The position numbers and the translations under genes are program-made. From the NCBI GenBank assembly GCA_028023455.1, contig JAQFVV010000009.1:15996001-16060000 (forward strand): a stretch of DNA of 64,000 bases. The letters are read 5' to 3'. Within the stretch, counting starts at the first letter, position 1. Each line of letters starts with the position of its first letter. This document shows, piece after piece, positions 1 to 13,691 of the stretch. This DNA comes from Epiperipatus broadwayi (taxonomy: Eukaryota; Animalia; Onychophora). Below the pieces are notes generated by a model, which was given only the letters and a program-made list of their open reading frames with translations, did not search any database and was not told the origin of the DNA.

Positions 1-84
1 ATGTGAATTGTTCTCTGCATATATAGATTCCTAGATTGATTCACAATTATTAGGGGGCGACGACTTCTTAATCAAATCATCATT

Positions 85-1150
85 TTCAACCAATATTAAT
101 ATACTTTATGATGAAGGCCTTTAAGTTAAATCCAGTTACTTCAATCCTAGCTTCCTTTATTCACAACACATCAATATACTTTCTTATTTCACCTATGCAT
201 CTCACATGTGGTCTCTTTCTAGATCTTTTAAAATCTTTTTAAGATCCAATTTTGTCCATCTATTATAATCTTTTCTAGCAATTTATGTAGTCCAGCTCAT
301 TTCAATCTTTTGTTTCAATGATGACAATGATACTTGTTTGCTCTCTTATTAATGTATTTCATTTTCAATTTTACTTCTAACATATATCTCTCCACACTTA
401 AAAATCTCTGTATTGTTCTTCTGTTAAGTGTCACTGGTACAATAAATCTACTAAAATCTTTCTTTTCAAACACATAGGCATATTTCCTTTTAATATTAAA
501 TTATTTTACCAAAAGCACTCCATCCAAGTTTAATTTTATAATTAATTTCATCTACTAAGTTTTCATCTGTATTAATAATGTGATAACTTCTCTCAATTCA
601 TGATTATCACTCTTTAGTTTCATTTTGTAAGAAAATTCATAGAATATTATTTTAGTCTTTTTAATATTTATCTTTAATCCTACTTTCCTACTTTCATCTG
701 ATAACTCCTGCAACATTTCCTGTAACTCTAAAGCATTATTTGAAACAACTACATCATCTGCAAAATCTAAATGACTTATATTTATTTGTATCCCCTTAGT
801 TTCCCATTTTAACCTACAAAATTCTTCTTGTAAAACTGCTACAAAAAGTTTTGGAAATATAAAGACACCCTGTCTCATACATTCTTCTTATTGTTTTTTT
901 AGTATCACCATGTAAACTAATCATTATTGTAATATTTTGATAAATATCTTCAAAATATGACAATATCCTGAGTTTATATCTTGATGATCCAATGCTTTAA
1001 TCATGATAGAGATGATTATAGAATCGAATACCTTTTCACAATCTACAAATTCAAAGGATTGAATTCAATTTGAGTCTTGCATGCTGTCTATATGAATATT
1101 AATATTAAAACTTTCTGCAAACAGAAATGCTGTAAGCATAATGTAATGAG
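85..1150 (-). mobile_element. RTE-clade LINE, decayed RT and 3' fragment
   Basis: ORF 555..878 has RQG...SHLDFADDVVV, and the DNA is colinear with the RTE copy at 14.6-17.8 kb. Boundaries approximate. Confidence 0.85.
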
Positions 1151-1396
1151 ATAATGTGCACAGTATATCACTTTTTCTTTTTCATTCAGTTAAATGTCAG
1201 CAGATATGCACCAACTACCTTTGAATGTATACAATGCATTTTAATTACTGTCCATATTCAAGAAAGAACCTTTAACATTTAACAGCAGATATATAAATCA
1301 ACCGAATCATTCATTAAAAATCTCCAAACCATCAAATCTAGTTGTATTTATATGTTGTACTATTTCCATCTTCTAATATTAAGTATTGAATTTCTT

Positions 1397-1650
1397 GCAT
1401 CACCTTAAAATTCCAATATTCAAGAATCTAAGGGTTCAGGTTCGATTCCATTGCTAGAACTGTCATTGGTCAGACAGAATAAAACTTCTCAAAACATTGT
1501 GTATATACTAACCTGTGTGCTATTACTAACAGTTAAATGTAATTGAAATATTTAAATAAATTTTCTAAAGACATTCAATACTTAATATTAGATGATGGAA
1601 ATAATCCAACATATATCATCATCACAAACCTTCAGGAAAACATCAAATCT
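1397..1650 (+). mobile_element. tRNA-derived SINE (same family as 12827-13140)
   Basis: B-box GGTTCGATTCC near 1438; body colinear with the copy at 12.8-13.1 kb. Confidence 0.6.
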
Positions 1651-1801
1651 AAATGTATTTTGTTATAAAGTTACTTTATTTGGACAGATATATCTTCAAT
1701 AGCACTAACCCATATAAGTAATCATATTTACACATACTCACACATACATTATATATATATACTTAAAACAAAATAAAATGTCCGCTAATATTAATAATAC
1801 A

Positions 1802-3010
1802 ATAACGAAACTTAAATATATTCCAAACAACGGTAAACAATTTATAATATAGTATAAATCAAAACTCATAAAGAAATATTTTCGATTATATTCATAATCA
1901 TTATCAACTCAACTTTCAAAATGGAATCAACTATTACCAACCGGAAACACATGTCGATTTAAATATCCCACAATTCATTAATCCTAATATTTGCTGATTG
2001 TCTGTTTATTATCGTATTTTTATACCTACTAATAAAAACTGCCTCTTTAATTTTTCGTTTTTCATTATCTCTCTCTTGGCCTAAAATTTTTATTTTGTTT
2101 ATATCAAAATCAAATTTAAAATTACAATTCCTATCATGATCATAAAAAACAGATTCAATATATAACTTCACTTCATTATTACTATCACTACATTCAAAAG
2201 ATAAGTTGGAAAAAAGTAATGTGAGTAATAAATAATTTGTAGAATTTTTTGTGGGTGTAACTTATCATATGTGGGGGAATCTAGATGTAATATGGAGAAA
2301 AGAATTAAAGAGCATAAATTGTTATATAAAAGAGTTTTGAAAAATGTACAGATATGTAGTGATAGTAATAATGAAGTGAAGTTATATACTGAATCTGTTT
2401 TTTATGATCATGATAGGAATTGTAATTTTAAATTTGATTTTGATATAAACAAAATAAAAATTTTAGGCCAAGAGAGAGATAATGAAAAAACAAAAATTAA
2501 AGAGGTAGTTTTTATTAGTAGGTATAAAAATACGATAATAAACAGACAGTCAGCAAATATTAGGATTAATGAATTGTGGGATATTTAAATCGACATGTGT
2601 TCCGGTTGGTAATAGTTGATTCCATTTTGAAAGTTGGGTTGATAATGATTATGAATATAATCGAAAATATTTCTTTATGAGTTTTTATTTATATTATATT
2701 ATAAATTACATTCATATCGGCCTTTCAAGCCAAATTGTGCAAACGCTTTTGCGAGTGTTAAATAATAAATGAATACCCTCTGACCAAACAAGATATAGAA
2801 TTTATGCAGGAATAAATTGCATAAATTCTATATCTTGTTTGGTCAGAGGGTATTCATTTATTATTTAACACTCGCAAAAGCGTTTGCACAATTTGGCTTG
2901 AAAGGCCGATATGAATGTAATTACAATTGTATACAGACGCTATAAAAATAAATGCTGATTTATATTATAAATTGTTTACCGTTGTTTGGAATATATTTAA
3001 GTTTCGTTAT
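1802..3010 (+). mobile_element. Penelope-like element 3' end (GIY-YIG C-terminus plus UTR) with an inverted copy of its own 3' end placed 5'
   Basis: About 2240-2588 encodes C.C..SYVGESRCNMEKRIKEHK...FDINKIKIL...KIKE.VFI...INRQ...W. Segment 1802-2193 is the reverse complement of 2354-3010 once the 2708-2960 insert is removed (ORF 1959..2171 mirrors 2271..2588). Confidence 0.8.
2704..2922. repeat. Perfect palindrome: 105-bp arms (2704-2808 and 2818-2922) with a 9-nt spacer
   Basis: Arms read as exact reverse complements. The insert is flanked by the 13-bp direct repeat TATATTATAAATT (2695-2707, 2961-2973). A single-arm homolog lies at 58564-58673. Confidence 0.92.
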
Positions 3011-6000
3011 ATATATATATATACTTGCATAGTATTTTTAATGGAGAACTGTAATTGGTTAAAAATTTTTGTCATGCAATAATGCCTGTACTTAAAAATA
3101 TGGCAGAACAATGTGAGATGCTCATATACACATACCTTTTTTTAGAGTTTAAATTAAGTAAACTATTACTAGAACTTTCCTCTGAAGGCTATGAAAATAT
3201 TTTTTTTACTTCAATAAATTTTTAAGATAACAGGTAATTTAATTCATATCTTTTATCCATGTTATTGATTTTTTAAAAAATCTCTAAAGCTGACCCTAGT
3301 CTAATTGTAATGGTCAACTTTTGCTAACATGAGTTTGTTCAAAATTGATGTTGTTGTTTTATTAATTCAATATTTGAAGAGATTACAATTTTTCTTTCTA
3401 GTAATGATTCTGTGATTATTTTGCCTAATATATGATTAAATCCTGAGGATTTCATAAATACTATGAAATTCTTAATAAAATTTTATCCTCAGTACATGGA
3501 AATATTTCACCAATTTTTTAAATAAATATTATCATCTACAAATATTATTTCTATGAAAAATGCTAATTTTAACCATTGATTCCAAGGAAGAACTGTATTA
3601 ATTCTTAAATTATCAAATTCTTTTCTTTGTTGCATGAGATGGTCTTTTTAATAATTCTGTGACTCTAACCAGTGCCATGTACTGTGGTATGTTTTAGTTA
3701 TAGCAAGCTTTTTGTTAAATTTATTCCATCAAAATGCTACAAGGATTTTAACTGCAGATAATAACTGGGCAGGGTAGAGAAAAATATAGATATTTTATAA
3801 AATATGTTTATTTATGCATTTTTTGTTTTTCATTCCTTTTAATTAATATATTTAGAAAGAAACCTGATTGCTGTTATTTACTTCTAGCATAAACTTAATT
3901 TTGCTGTGGCAGATTTCTAAGAAGTTAAAAAAGTCAATAAGTGTAATTTTATTATGTGATCAAACAATAAATATGTCATCACTTATCTTAACCATGTAAA
4001 TAGGCTATTGGATATTATTTCCAATTTTTTGAAAATCTGATGAATCCACAATTAAACTTAATGTTTATATATATGACAATAAAAAATAAAAAAATCTGGT
4101 AGCTGGTTATGTTTCAAAAATTTCACTTGCTGATTTATAGACACAATGGTAAAGAGAAAGATAATATTTATCAAAATATCATTTTTGCATAATTTTATAA
4201 TTTTTCAAAAGTTAGTAGCATTTATTATAGGTATGACTGTGAATTTAAAGTTAAAAAGGATCTAGTATTAGAATCTATAAACCAACAATACTTAATAGTG
4301 ATTTTAAGGAAATTCTTGAATTGTGTAATTTGGATGAAATAATTTCTTGGTGTAAGAAATTAAATTAAATTTTTGAACTTCTTTTCTGGCGAGTTAAATG
4401 AGTTCCTGTAAATTCTTGAGTTTTCATCTTCCAATACTTAATATTAGATGATAGAAATAGCCCACCTCATTGTTTATAATACTGTATAGTAATTTTATTA
4501 ATAATTTAGCATTCATAAAATTCCAATGATCACACTTCTTATTAGAATATTTAATAATTATAAAATGATAAAAAATTCATAATCTCTTCTTTTTATTTTA
4601 ATTGGATTTTTTTTTTTTAGTATAAATAATAGAAACACTTCCATTTGAAAAAAAAGAGAATATATATATAATTTTAAAGATATTTATAAATGCAAACACA
4701 TAAAAAATGTTATAAAAAGTTTCAACAGTGAATGAGAATTTTTTCAATAGTACCAAATAGAGAACAAATCTTATAACTGTTTACATCAAATGTAATTCTA
4801 TATGTTTAAAATCACATCATAATTTTTAAACATTTGAATTAAAAAATCCATATACTATAAATTTAAATTATCATACCAATGTATAATTCTTTTTTATATT
4901 ATATTATTGTCTATCAAAATAAATCACAATAAAAAGAATAAAATTTAATAAGACTTGAATCTTCTTTCAAAAACAATTACACATTCCCTTTACTTTATAA
5001 CAATTTAAAAAAATAATGCAGAGGAACTGAACACTTAAGAGGTTATGACATATTTCAATTGTGTTTTTCTGATCATAACATTAATAACTTTTTGACAATT
5101 TATTTGAGACCTATTTTATACTTTATTTAAAATAGACTTATTGCAAAAAAAAAAATTAAGCTTTCCTGGGAATTCTCAATTAACCTGAAACAAAAGTAAT
5201 GCTCTTGATTTCAAACCTTCTGCTAAGTTTATACAGAACCATTCTTTACATATTTATAAATTCATTTACTAACATTTGCAGTAATTTCACCTTAGATAAT
5301 CATGTCCATTAAAATTAATTTTATAAAATATTTGGCCTAAAAGAATTATGTATGTTAGCCATAATCAGTGATAAACATTTATATTACTTGGGTTAATACA
5401 CACTAATTTCACATTAAATCCATATTTCAAACTGTTTATCTTATAAATATGAGGTAGAAAAATAAACTATTTTTAGTATAACAAAATGATTAAAAATCTA
5501 TACTAAATACTAAAAATCTCTACATTACATATGACTTCTGCAAGTGAGTTCCAACAAAAATCAAGATTTGTTAATTTTTCCATGATCAAAAAACAAACTC
5601 TAATTCAAACTGATCTTTAAAAAGCTTTCATGTTTTAAACTTATTTTTACAATAGATGTATCTAAACAATTCAAATTTCAGACTGCAGTTAATTTGAATA
5701 AAATTAGGACTTTTTGATATGTGAATAAAAAACAGACAATCTTATTAATTAAGTTGATTCTAAGACAGACTTCAAAGAGTCAATCAGGATAATTAATCTT
5801 TCCATCACATATCTGGAAATAAAAAAAACAATAACTTCAAAGTGTTTAATCGATTTTAGCATCTAAATGTCTCCTGTGCATAGATTACGATAATGCAGTA
5901 GTGATCTCATAAACTAGACATGAAACCAACAAATCTAATTCTGGTCTCTTTGCTAAAAGCCTTAAAAATGATCAATAATTCAACATTTAAAATTTTATAT

Positions 6001-6559
6001 CAAAAGAGCATCAAATTTGAAATATCTTGACTTACTGAAGCAGTACCGATGTAAAAAAAAAAAAAAAACAATGTTTAATGACAACATTTTTATTGAATTA
6101 AAATATCATTAATTTTCCAAAAAAAAAATTTCAAATTTTCATTCCATTCCATGTAATGTATACAATATCCTTGTATGTGTTATTAAATAAATGTCAATCT
6201 AATATTTACACTTTGAAAGCTAGTTATATATATATTTAAACAATAACTCTTCCATCATATTATCATTATAGCTATTTTTGACAAGAATTCTAACATTTTT
6301 TTATTACATATTCCCATATGTAATCTTAATAAAACAAATGGAAATTTACAAAATTCATTCTATTGCATATTTTAATGAAATATAATATGTAATCAAAGCC
6401 TACACATTATAGCACCAAATTTACGCAATAAAAATTGGTATGTAAAAAATTAGGTCATTACACTAGAAAACCAATTTATGTAACTGAAATATATAATTAA
6501 TAAATGGTTTGGTCCCCTCCCCCCAATCTATGATAGAGCTATCATTATAAATATCACTA

Positions 6560-8350
6560 GCTTGCTCCTTATTCTTCACTTCTTATTAGTCAGATTCTTT
6601 TTATATTCTTAAGACTTCATCAACTTTTCCTGCTTCCTATGCATTGAACAGTTCATTGATTTCATTATCATAGACATTATTGATATTTATAATCCTTTAG
6701 TATTGGCATTAAAATTGTCTATTTCCATTTGTTGTCATAATATGGGAATGCCTGTCTTCTTTTAGCTCCCGTCTTGATCCTTCCTGTTATAAATTATTTA
6801 AATCAAGTACGCAGAGAAATTCAACAAATGAATTTATTGTTCAATACTCAGCTACAATAAAAATTTGTTTAATTACTATGCCTTACAATTTTGTTGATCT
6901 GTCCTTTTGAAAATGGGAGTGCAGTTAATGTCCTTAACTTGACACATGTGATCAGAAAAATTGGGAAAAACTTTCTTCTACTCTAAATTTATACTTTCCT
7001 GTGACACTTGATATTTTATGCTATATTGGTATTTCTAAGTCCAGAAATTGTTTACTAATGCATATCAATAGTTCTGGTAAGTGACTGGCTTATTAATAAA
7101 GAATTTCACCAATCTCTGATGGTTATATGTTACTAGATGCTAACTATTGTTATTTTTCTTTTCGCCTAATTCATTCAGAGAATAATTCCTGAAGGCTACT
7201 TAAATACTCTGTGGGATTGTCATTGACATCTCTTTGAAACACACTGATCAGTATAAAATAAATAATATAATTTTGATTCACCTTTTGATACTTCTCATAC
7301 TATCTTTATTTATCTTTACCTTAAAAGTGGCTTCTATAAGTTCTAAAATTTGTGACAAGAATGCCAAAGTTTTCTCATAGTTTAATCTGTTTTAGCCTTG
7401 TCTGTAATTCTTTTATTTGCAATTTCTTTTTTAATTTCTTCTATATCTTCTTTAATTAAATTGACACTCTTCATTTAGGCATTCAATAGTATTTCTCTCA
7501 TGTTCTAGATATTATCTTTCTTTTTTGTATTCCTCTTTACACTCTATCATTTTTTCATCTATTAATCTTTATTGCTTCCATATTTCTTCTTTTATATTTT
7601 CTGTTCTTTTATCATTAATTTTTTTCTTTACCATTCTTAATTTCTTTCATCTTTTTTCCAGTTTAATTTTTTTTTTAGGTCTGTAATTCTTAACTTCTAT
7701 CCTTATCTTCATTTCCATTTCTTTCACATTTGTTCCAATACTTTTGATAGTTTTCCTTTCTTTATGCATTCGTTATATCATCTCTATTTCTTTCACATTT
7801 ATTCCAAGACATTTGATACAGTTTTTCTATCTTCCTATTTTTTTTATCTTCCTTTTCTTCATGATCTCATTTTCTAGAATATTTCTTTGTTTTCTTTTTT
7901 ACCTTTTTCCTAATTTTTTTTGGTTGATATTTTATTTATTTATTTCATACATTTCTTCCATTTTCTTATATATTTAATTCTTCGTAGTTAGTTGTTTATT
8001 TATTTCATTTACTTTAACATTTTCTTATTTTCTTGAACATCTTTATATTTTAGCTGATACTTTCTTTTATTTCCTTTTTTTAAATATTCCTTTCTTACCA
8101 TTTTCTTCTATTTCTACGATTAATGCAACTAGCTGACCACTAATATTACTTTCTATTTTTGCTCTTCCTTTTGTAACCATTACTAATTTTATTACAAGTT
8201 CTTTAATTTCTCTTTATAATTCATTAAGATTCTTTTTATTATTATGCCCCCTTTTTACCAGCAGTAAAATTTATATTATTTGATTTTCTAATCACCTGGC
8301 TAAATATTGTATTCTGAACTATATCAATTGTTAAATCATTACTAGATCAA
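6560..8350 (-). mobile_element. Highly decayed non-LTR retrotransposon remnant (clade uncertain)
   Basis: Purine-rich minus strand and faint RT-like remnants (KFLGL near 7040) with many stops. Confidence 0.35.
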
Positions 8351-8905
8351 ATGCTTCTTTATCATTTTCATATCTCAAATATCAATTAAAGCTATTAATT
8401 AGGATTTATTTTACTATTTTCTTTTAAGGCTATATTATTTCTTAATCATTTGTCATTATTATGCAATCATACTGAAATGACATTTATTTATTATTTTCTT
8501 TTATGAAATAATTATTATGTATTTAGATTGGAAAGTTCTGAATAGATTTAAAATATAATAGTAAAATATATTAGAATCAAAATATCTTTCTAAAGGATTT
8601 AAGAATGGATACTTCTATTATTCAAAAAAGTTTTCAATCATTTTCCAATCAGAAATCATATGTAAACATGTAATATATATATATGTACACTAAATAAAGT
8701 ATCACATGTTTCTCCTAGTTTAGATTTGACATCTTTTAACATTACCATCTAGCGTCCATTCATTAATGCGTATATAGATGAGTCCAAAGTAGAATAATAC
8801 ATTGCTGTATTAATGGATTATTACTATTATAAAATACATATACATAAAAGAAAATTTGTAAATAATATAAATGCATAAATTCTATTGCAATTATAAGTAA
8901 GTTAC

Positions 8906-9097
8906 CTCTACATCCATTTCTTCTGAGGAAATAATCAATATTAAAAGAATGGCACTTGTTCCTAGAAAAAGATAATGCTCTTCACTCCTAACAAGCTCAT
9001 CATCTGTCAAGCAGCCCCTGATAGCACGGATGCAAATTTTTAACATAGATTGTTCAGTGCATGGAATATTGCAAGTATATTGACTTAAGATATTCAC
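8906..9097 (-). CDS. MCM3AP: GANP/MCM3AP-like internal exon F (VNILSQYTCNIPCTEQSMLKICIRAIRGCLTDDELVRSEEHYLFLGTSAILLILIISSEEMDVE), phase 0 to 0
   Basis: TTGATTTCAG|GTG acceptor and GAG|GTAACT donor. ICIRAIRG.L and FLGTSAILL resemble GANP VCIKVAHGAL and LLGASGLML. Continues exon E directly across a 21.5 kb intron. Confidence 0.82.
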
Positions 9098-11050
9098 CTG
9101 AAATCAACAAAATAGGTTTTAACAGCTTGGGTAAGCATAAGAAATGATAATCATATGATGTTTTAGTAATATAAAATATGTTTTAATTAAATATAATAAG
9201 AAAAAAATTGTTAAATGCATTATTATTATTAAAACAACTTATTACATTCACACACATATATGCAAAAAAAATTTTAATCATTAAAGATGAAATATATGTA
9301 ATACTATATATTTTACTACAATCCACTTTACCTCAGATTATTAGAAACAAGACTGTTTGAAAGTAAACAAAAAAATCTGAGAAAAAAAAACTTATTCAAC
9401 TGAATGTGCCACAGCTTGAAAGATTTAACTAAGTTATACATTAAACAAATGAAATGCTATACAATAAATTAATTACAGCTGTTTATTAATTATTTCTGTC
9501 AAATTAAATCATTAAACCATATGAAGAATGTTTTAATAACAATCTCTAATAAGTGTTGTGATGTTTTTTCAAAAACTATATATAGGATTTTTAAAATAAG
9601 TTTAATTAATTATAACAAAATATTTTACAAAAGAATTTTATTACTATAAATGCATGTTAAGTCAGATACTGCAATTCTGTGTGGATGAAAAAGCTATAAT
9701 AAGACCCTGAACTAAGTTCATGGCATCATTATATGATATTATAATATATTATATAATAATATATTATTACAGTATATTATAATATGGTTATATTATATTA
9801 TAGGACCTTATAGTAATTCATTTAGGTTCGAAAATAATTACTTCTGAGCAAATATTGGTTCACTTTCCATCATTAAAATTATCCACACCCTATCATGATA
9901 ACTTAGCGATATGTTATGTGTCAGCATTTGTATAAAGGGTAAACAATACATATCAGAGCTAACTGATACGGTAGACTACGGGTGAATTGTGAGAGCAATT
10001 GATCGCAAAACATGCTGCAGGCTGTTAGCCAAAAGATTCAATTGCTAGCACTCAATTACTGATAGCAATTGAGAAGTTGTGCCTGATAAACAGTATTTTC
10101 AACTATTTTGGCTTGCACCAATGCCATCAAGCAGGATGGATTGTCATCTGTATCAGCACCCCAATGCTGATTTTATTTTTGGTTGATAAACAACGCCTCA
10201 ATAACCAATTTATTTTTGTTCGATAATAAATGTTCCTTTATTTTTTTTTGCAAACTGTAATTTGATATAATGGGCAATAGAGACAGCTTGAACGAATACT
10301 TTTAAAATATTAAAGAAAATGTAATAGCCGGTAACATTATATTGCTGTATTTTGTTGGAGGAACACCACCATCCAGTGGGATGGATTGTCATATGTATTA
10401 ATACCACTAATTCTAGTCTGTCTTAGAGAAAAAAAAATTTAAGTTAAAACTTATCTTTGGTTTTGATGAGAATAAATTAAAAGACAGAACAATGATAATT
10501 TAGTTATTATTTTGTTTTTATTAGTCAAGAAAGGTAAGCCATAATCCAGTTTATAAATTTCATTATATCTATTATAAATAGTGGATTCTGTTTAACTGAG
10601 AGTGCAGAAAGTTGGCTTCAAAAGGGCAATTACTTATTAGACTCTACATTAGTTGAGTTTGAACTCCTAGAGAAATAAAGTAGGACAGCTTCTTCATAAT
10701 TTCATAGCTCAATATATGGAAAATAGAAAATATTTGTCTAACTCAAATTAATGATATATAAAAGTTAAACTAAGTTGTGGAGTGCCAACATTTATCTAAC
10801 ATATCTGTTAACGAAAACACATCATACAGTAAACTATATGAGAAACTACCTAATTTTAAGATTCTAGTGCTATACTTTATATTTATAATACTTTATATAA
10901 GCATGGAAACACAGATGAAAGAAATTTTGTCCGTCATATATACATACTACCCATGTATAAGATTCATTTCACAAACTAAAGCACAGATGGAAGAAATTAG
11001 TTAGTAAGTAAAATATATATTAAAAACAGGCAAAAGTCTCCATACAGTGG

Positions 11051-11193
11051 TCATGTAATGTAAAATATATATTACTAATGGTATATTATTTCAAACATTA
11101 ACCTTGCAATTAACAAAAAATTCATGTAATGTAAAATATATATTACTAATGGTATATTATTTCAAACATTAACCTTGCAATTAACAAAAAATT
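11051..11193. repeat. Exact tandem duplication, 71-bp unit x2
   Basis: TCATGTAATG...ACAAAAAATT starts at 11051 and again at 11122. Confidence 0.92.
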
Positions 11194-12479
11194 AGTTCTA
11201 ATTACTGCCCTCTTCCCCAAATATTAAACTGTATTAATTTGTTTTAAAAATAAATAATTTTGAATAAATTTAATAAGTTGGTCAGTTAATTAAAAGAAAA
11301 AGTGTTTAAAAAAATGACTGACTAGTGAAAGAGGAAAAGTTTAAAAGCTTTTAGGAATAGAAATTATATGTATATTTTGTTTGAATTTTATTATGACATT
11401 CATAAAACTTGTTTTAGAGTTAGAAAAATATTATGAAATTGTAAATAAATTATCCATATTTTGTGATTAAGTTCTAATATAATAGTATATTTTATAATTA
11501 GATTATAAAAGTAATTTTGTTTATAGGTTAAAAAAAAAAAGATTGAAATATTATTTTTAGATCAGATTATGTATATGAGTGCATTCCTAATATATATATA
11601 TATATATTTATCATTTAATTATTTACAATGTGTTAAAATAGAATAATATCAGACTATATAGTTAATGAAAGTAACAAACAGAATATTTTGTACTATCATA
11701 TATGTACATATGTGTTATGTAAACTATTTATTTATATAGCTCTGTAAATTTTCTCTCTTAAAATATTTTCAGATATTTCTTAATAATCAAAATCAGACTA
11801 TAGTATTTATTGAATCATTAATTTTTTTAAATTTCTAATTAGTAATTTTATTAATGATTATTTCAGTTATTTAATAATAGCATAGTTTAAGTATTGTATA
11901 TTTTCTTTTGTTCAGGAATCGGATTTTATGATCCCAACGCTAGCTCTAGATTAATGTTATATTGGATATATACAAATGTGAGGGCATCTATATAATTCTC
12001 TTTAGAATTTAGATGATGTAAACGAAAGAAGGTCATCTTTAAAGTCCATTTACTTTATAAATTTTATAACTAGTTTATTGATGGCTAGTACTCATAGTAC
12101 CAGATGGCATTAGGCATTGATGATATCAACATTGATAATTCCAGCACTTTTGATGTTTATTATTAGTTATTTTAACACTGATAGTTTGGCATTGATGTAA
12201 TGGTGATTAGCCTAAGATTTTATAATATGTCTCTTTTAAATCCAGTCACAAAGATTGACTGTTGATTATCTATTGATGATGATTTGATTATTTGTATCTG
12301 ATATTAACTTTTTGCTCATTTTCTATACTCAATAAAACACTGATGCTTATGATGTTTATTTGCATTATCCCTGATAATCATTATGAGTAATTATTTATGT
12401 GCCTTCATTATTTCAGTTTTTCATACTATTACAATATATATAGTATTAGTGCTAGAGAATTAAACTTGATACAGATTGG

Positions 12480-12750
12480 AATATTTAACAACCTCACTAG
12501 CTGCCTCAAACAAAAAGGATTAAAGAATACAAATTTAATGATTAGAGGAAAAAAAAATCAAATATGTCCAAAATTATAGACATACATATACCAATTAACA
12601 TATATTTGATTGGGAAAACACAAGAATATTGGACAGAGAGGAAAATATATATAAAAAAGAAAATTTTAAAAACTGCTCATGTAATATGCGAATAATCCCA
12701 TGTGTCAATCTAGTATGATAATCCATAAAGTTTGGAAATTACTTTTTAAC
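12480..12750 (+). mobile_element. Decayed PLE GIY-YIG C-terminal fragment
   Basis: Translates to HIFDWENTRILDREENIYKKKILKTAH, typical of the PLE endonuclease tail (H.FDW...IL.RE...KRKI.E). Confidence 0.6.
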
Positions 12751-12826
12751 TTTGCCCTTTAAAAAAAAAAAAGAAATCAGAAATCTCATAGTTATGTACA
12801 TAAAGTTTCTACCAATTAGTACTTCT

Positions 12827-13140
12827 GATAGGATAGTCTAGTTGTTAGAGCATCATCTTAAATACAGTATTCTAGAATCTAAAGATCCCCAGTTCAATTC
12901 CCATGCTAGTATTTTCACTGTCAGGCCAGGAAAAAAGAATAAACCCATTTGAAACATTATATTCTGTAATAATGTATGCACTATATAACTAATAATTGAA
13001 TGTATTTGAAAAAAAAAATAAAAATCTGAATTTTTCTAAAAACATTTATTAATTAAACTAAATGATAAAAATAATCTAATACAAAATTACAATTAAAATG
13101 AATCATCACAAACTTTCAGACATATCACAATGAACTTCTT
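12827..13140 (+). mobile_element. tRNA-derived SINE, head resembling tRNA-Leu(TAA)
   Basis: A-box-like TAGTCTAGTTGTTAGAGCA and B-box-like AGTTCAATTCCC, with CTTAAA in the anticodon position and a long variable region; paralog at 1397. Confidence 0.6.
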
Positions 13141-13691
13141 TGAATGTGAGTAAATAATAAATTTTCATCCCAAATCAAAGGCTTCATCATGCAAAATCAG
13201 ATTCACATCTTCTGATCCTATGCATCAACTTGAAATGAGGCCAGTAACTGAAATAAAATTATTATGATTTTCAATGATTCCTCTAGTATCAAAGCAGAAT
13301 TAAATCCCAATCTCTAATAAAGATTAATTTAGAAAATTGGAGAGGTGATTCACTTATATCATAAGAATATTTATTTTAGTTATTTGATATAGAATTAGTG
13401 ATACTATTAAAAAATGGAAAATGAATAATATTAGTTTTGATAAGACTGCTGTCATTTTTAATAGTTGAGTTTAAATTGCAGTTTTTTTTCTTTTGTTATT
13501 ATATTCATTTAATTAGCATATTATGAATTAAAAGTTGGAAGTGAATTAGTTTTATTTATTTATTGCTATAACATTTAGGGTGACTCAATGCAGATTTTAC
13601 TACAAACTGAATTCTTAATAATATTAAAAATAGTATTTTTCTTTTATTAATTACTGAAAACAACAATGATTAATCATTGTCAATCAGTTTT

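Noticed and set aside
3280-3780. Frame containing VLPWNQWLKL, reminiscent of GANP IPWDDL
   Set aside because: All three minus-strand frames have multiple stops; probably decayed repeat or chance.
5750-5813. Possible terminal exon YVMERLIILIDSLKSVLEST* after a good acceptor
   Set aside because: Using it would omit several hundred expected GANP residues, its phase does not match exon F, and the similarity is weak.
7744-7977. Hydrophobic F/I/L-rich short ORFs (also 54083..54286, 25880..26110 and others)
   Set aside because: These are compositional artefacts of T-rich strands, often antisense to TE or host coding sequence.
9840-10410. CpG-richer block with a DDNPS motif suggesting a P-element/THAP transposase
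   Set aside because: Only one short motif, with stops and no TIRs found; the family cannot be supported.
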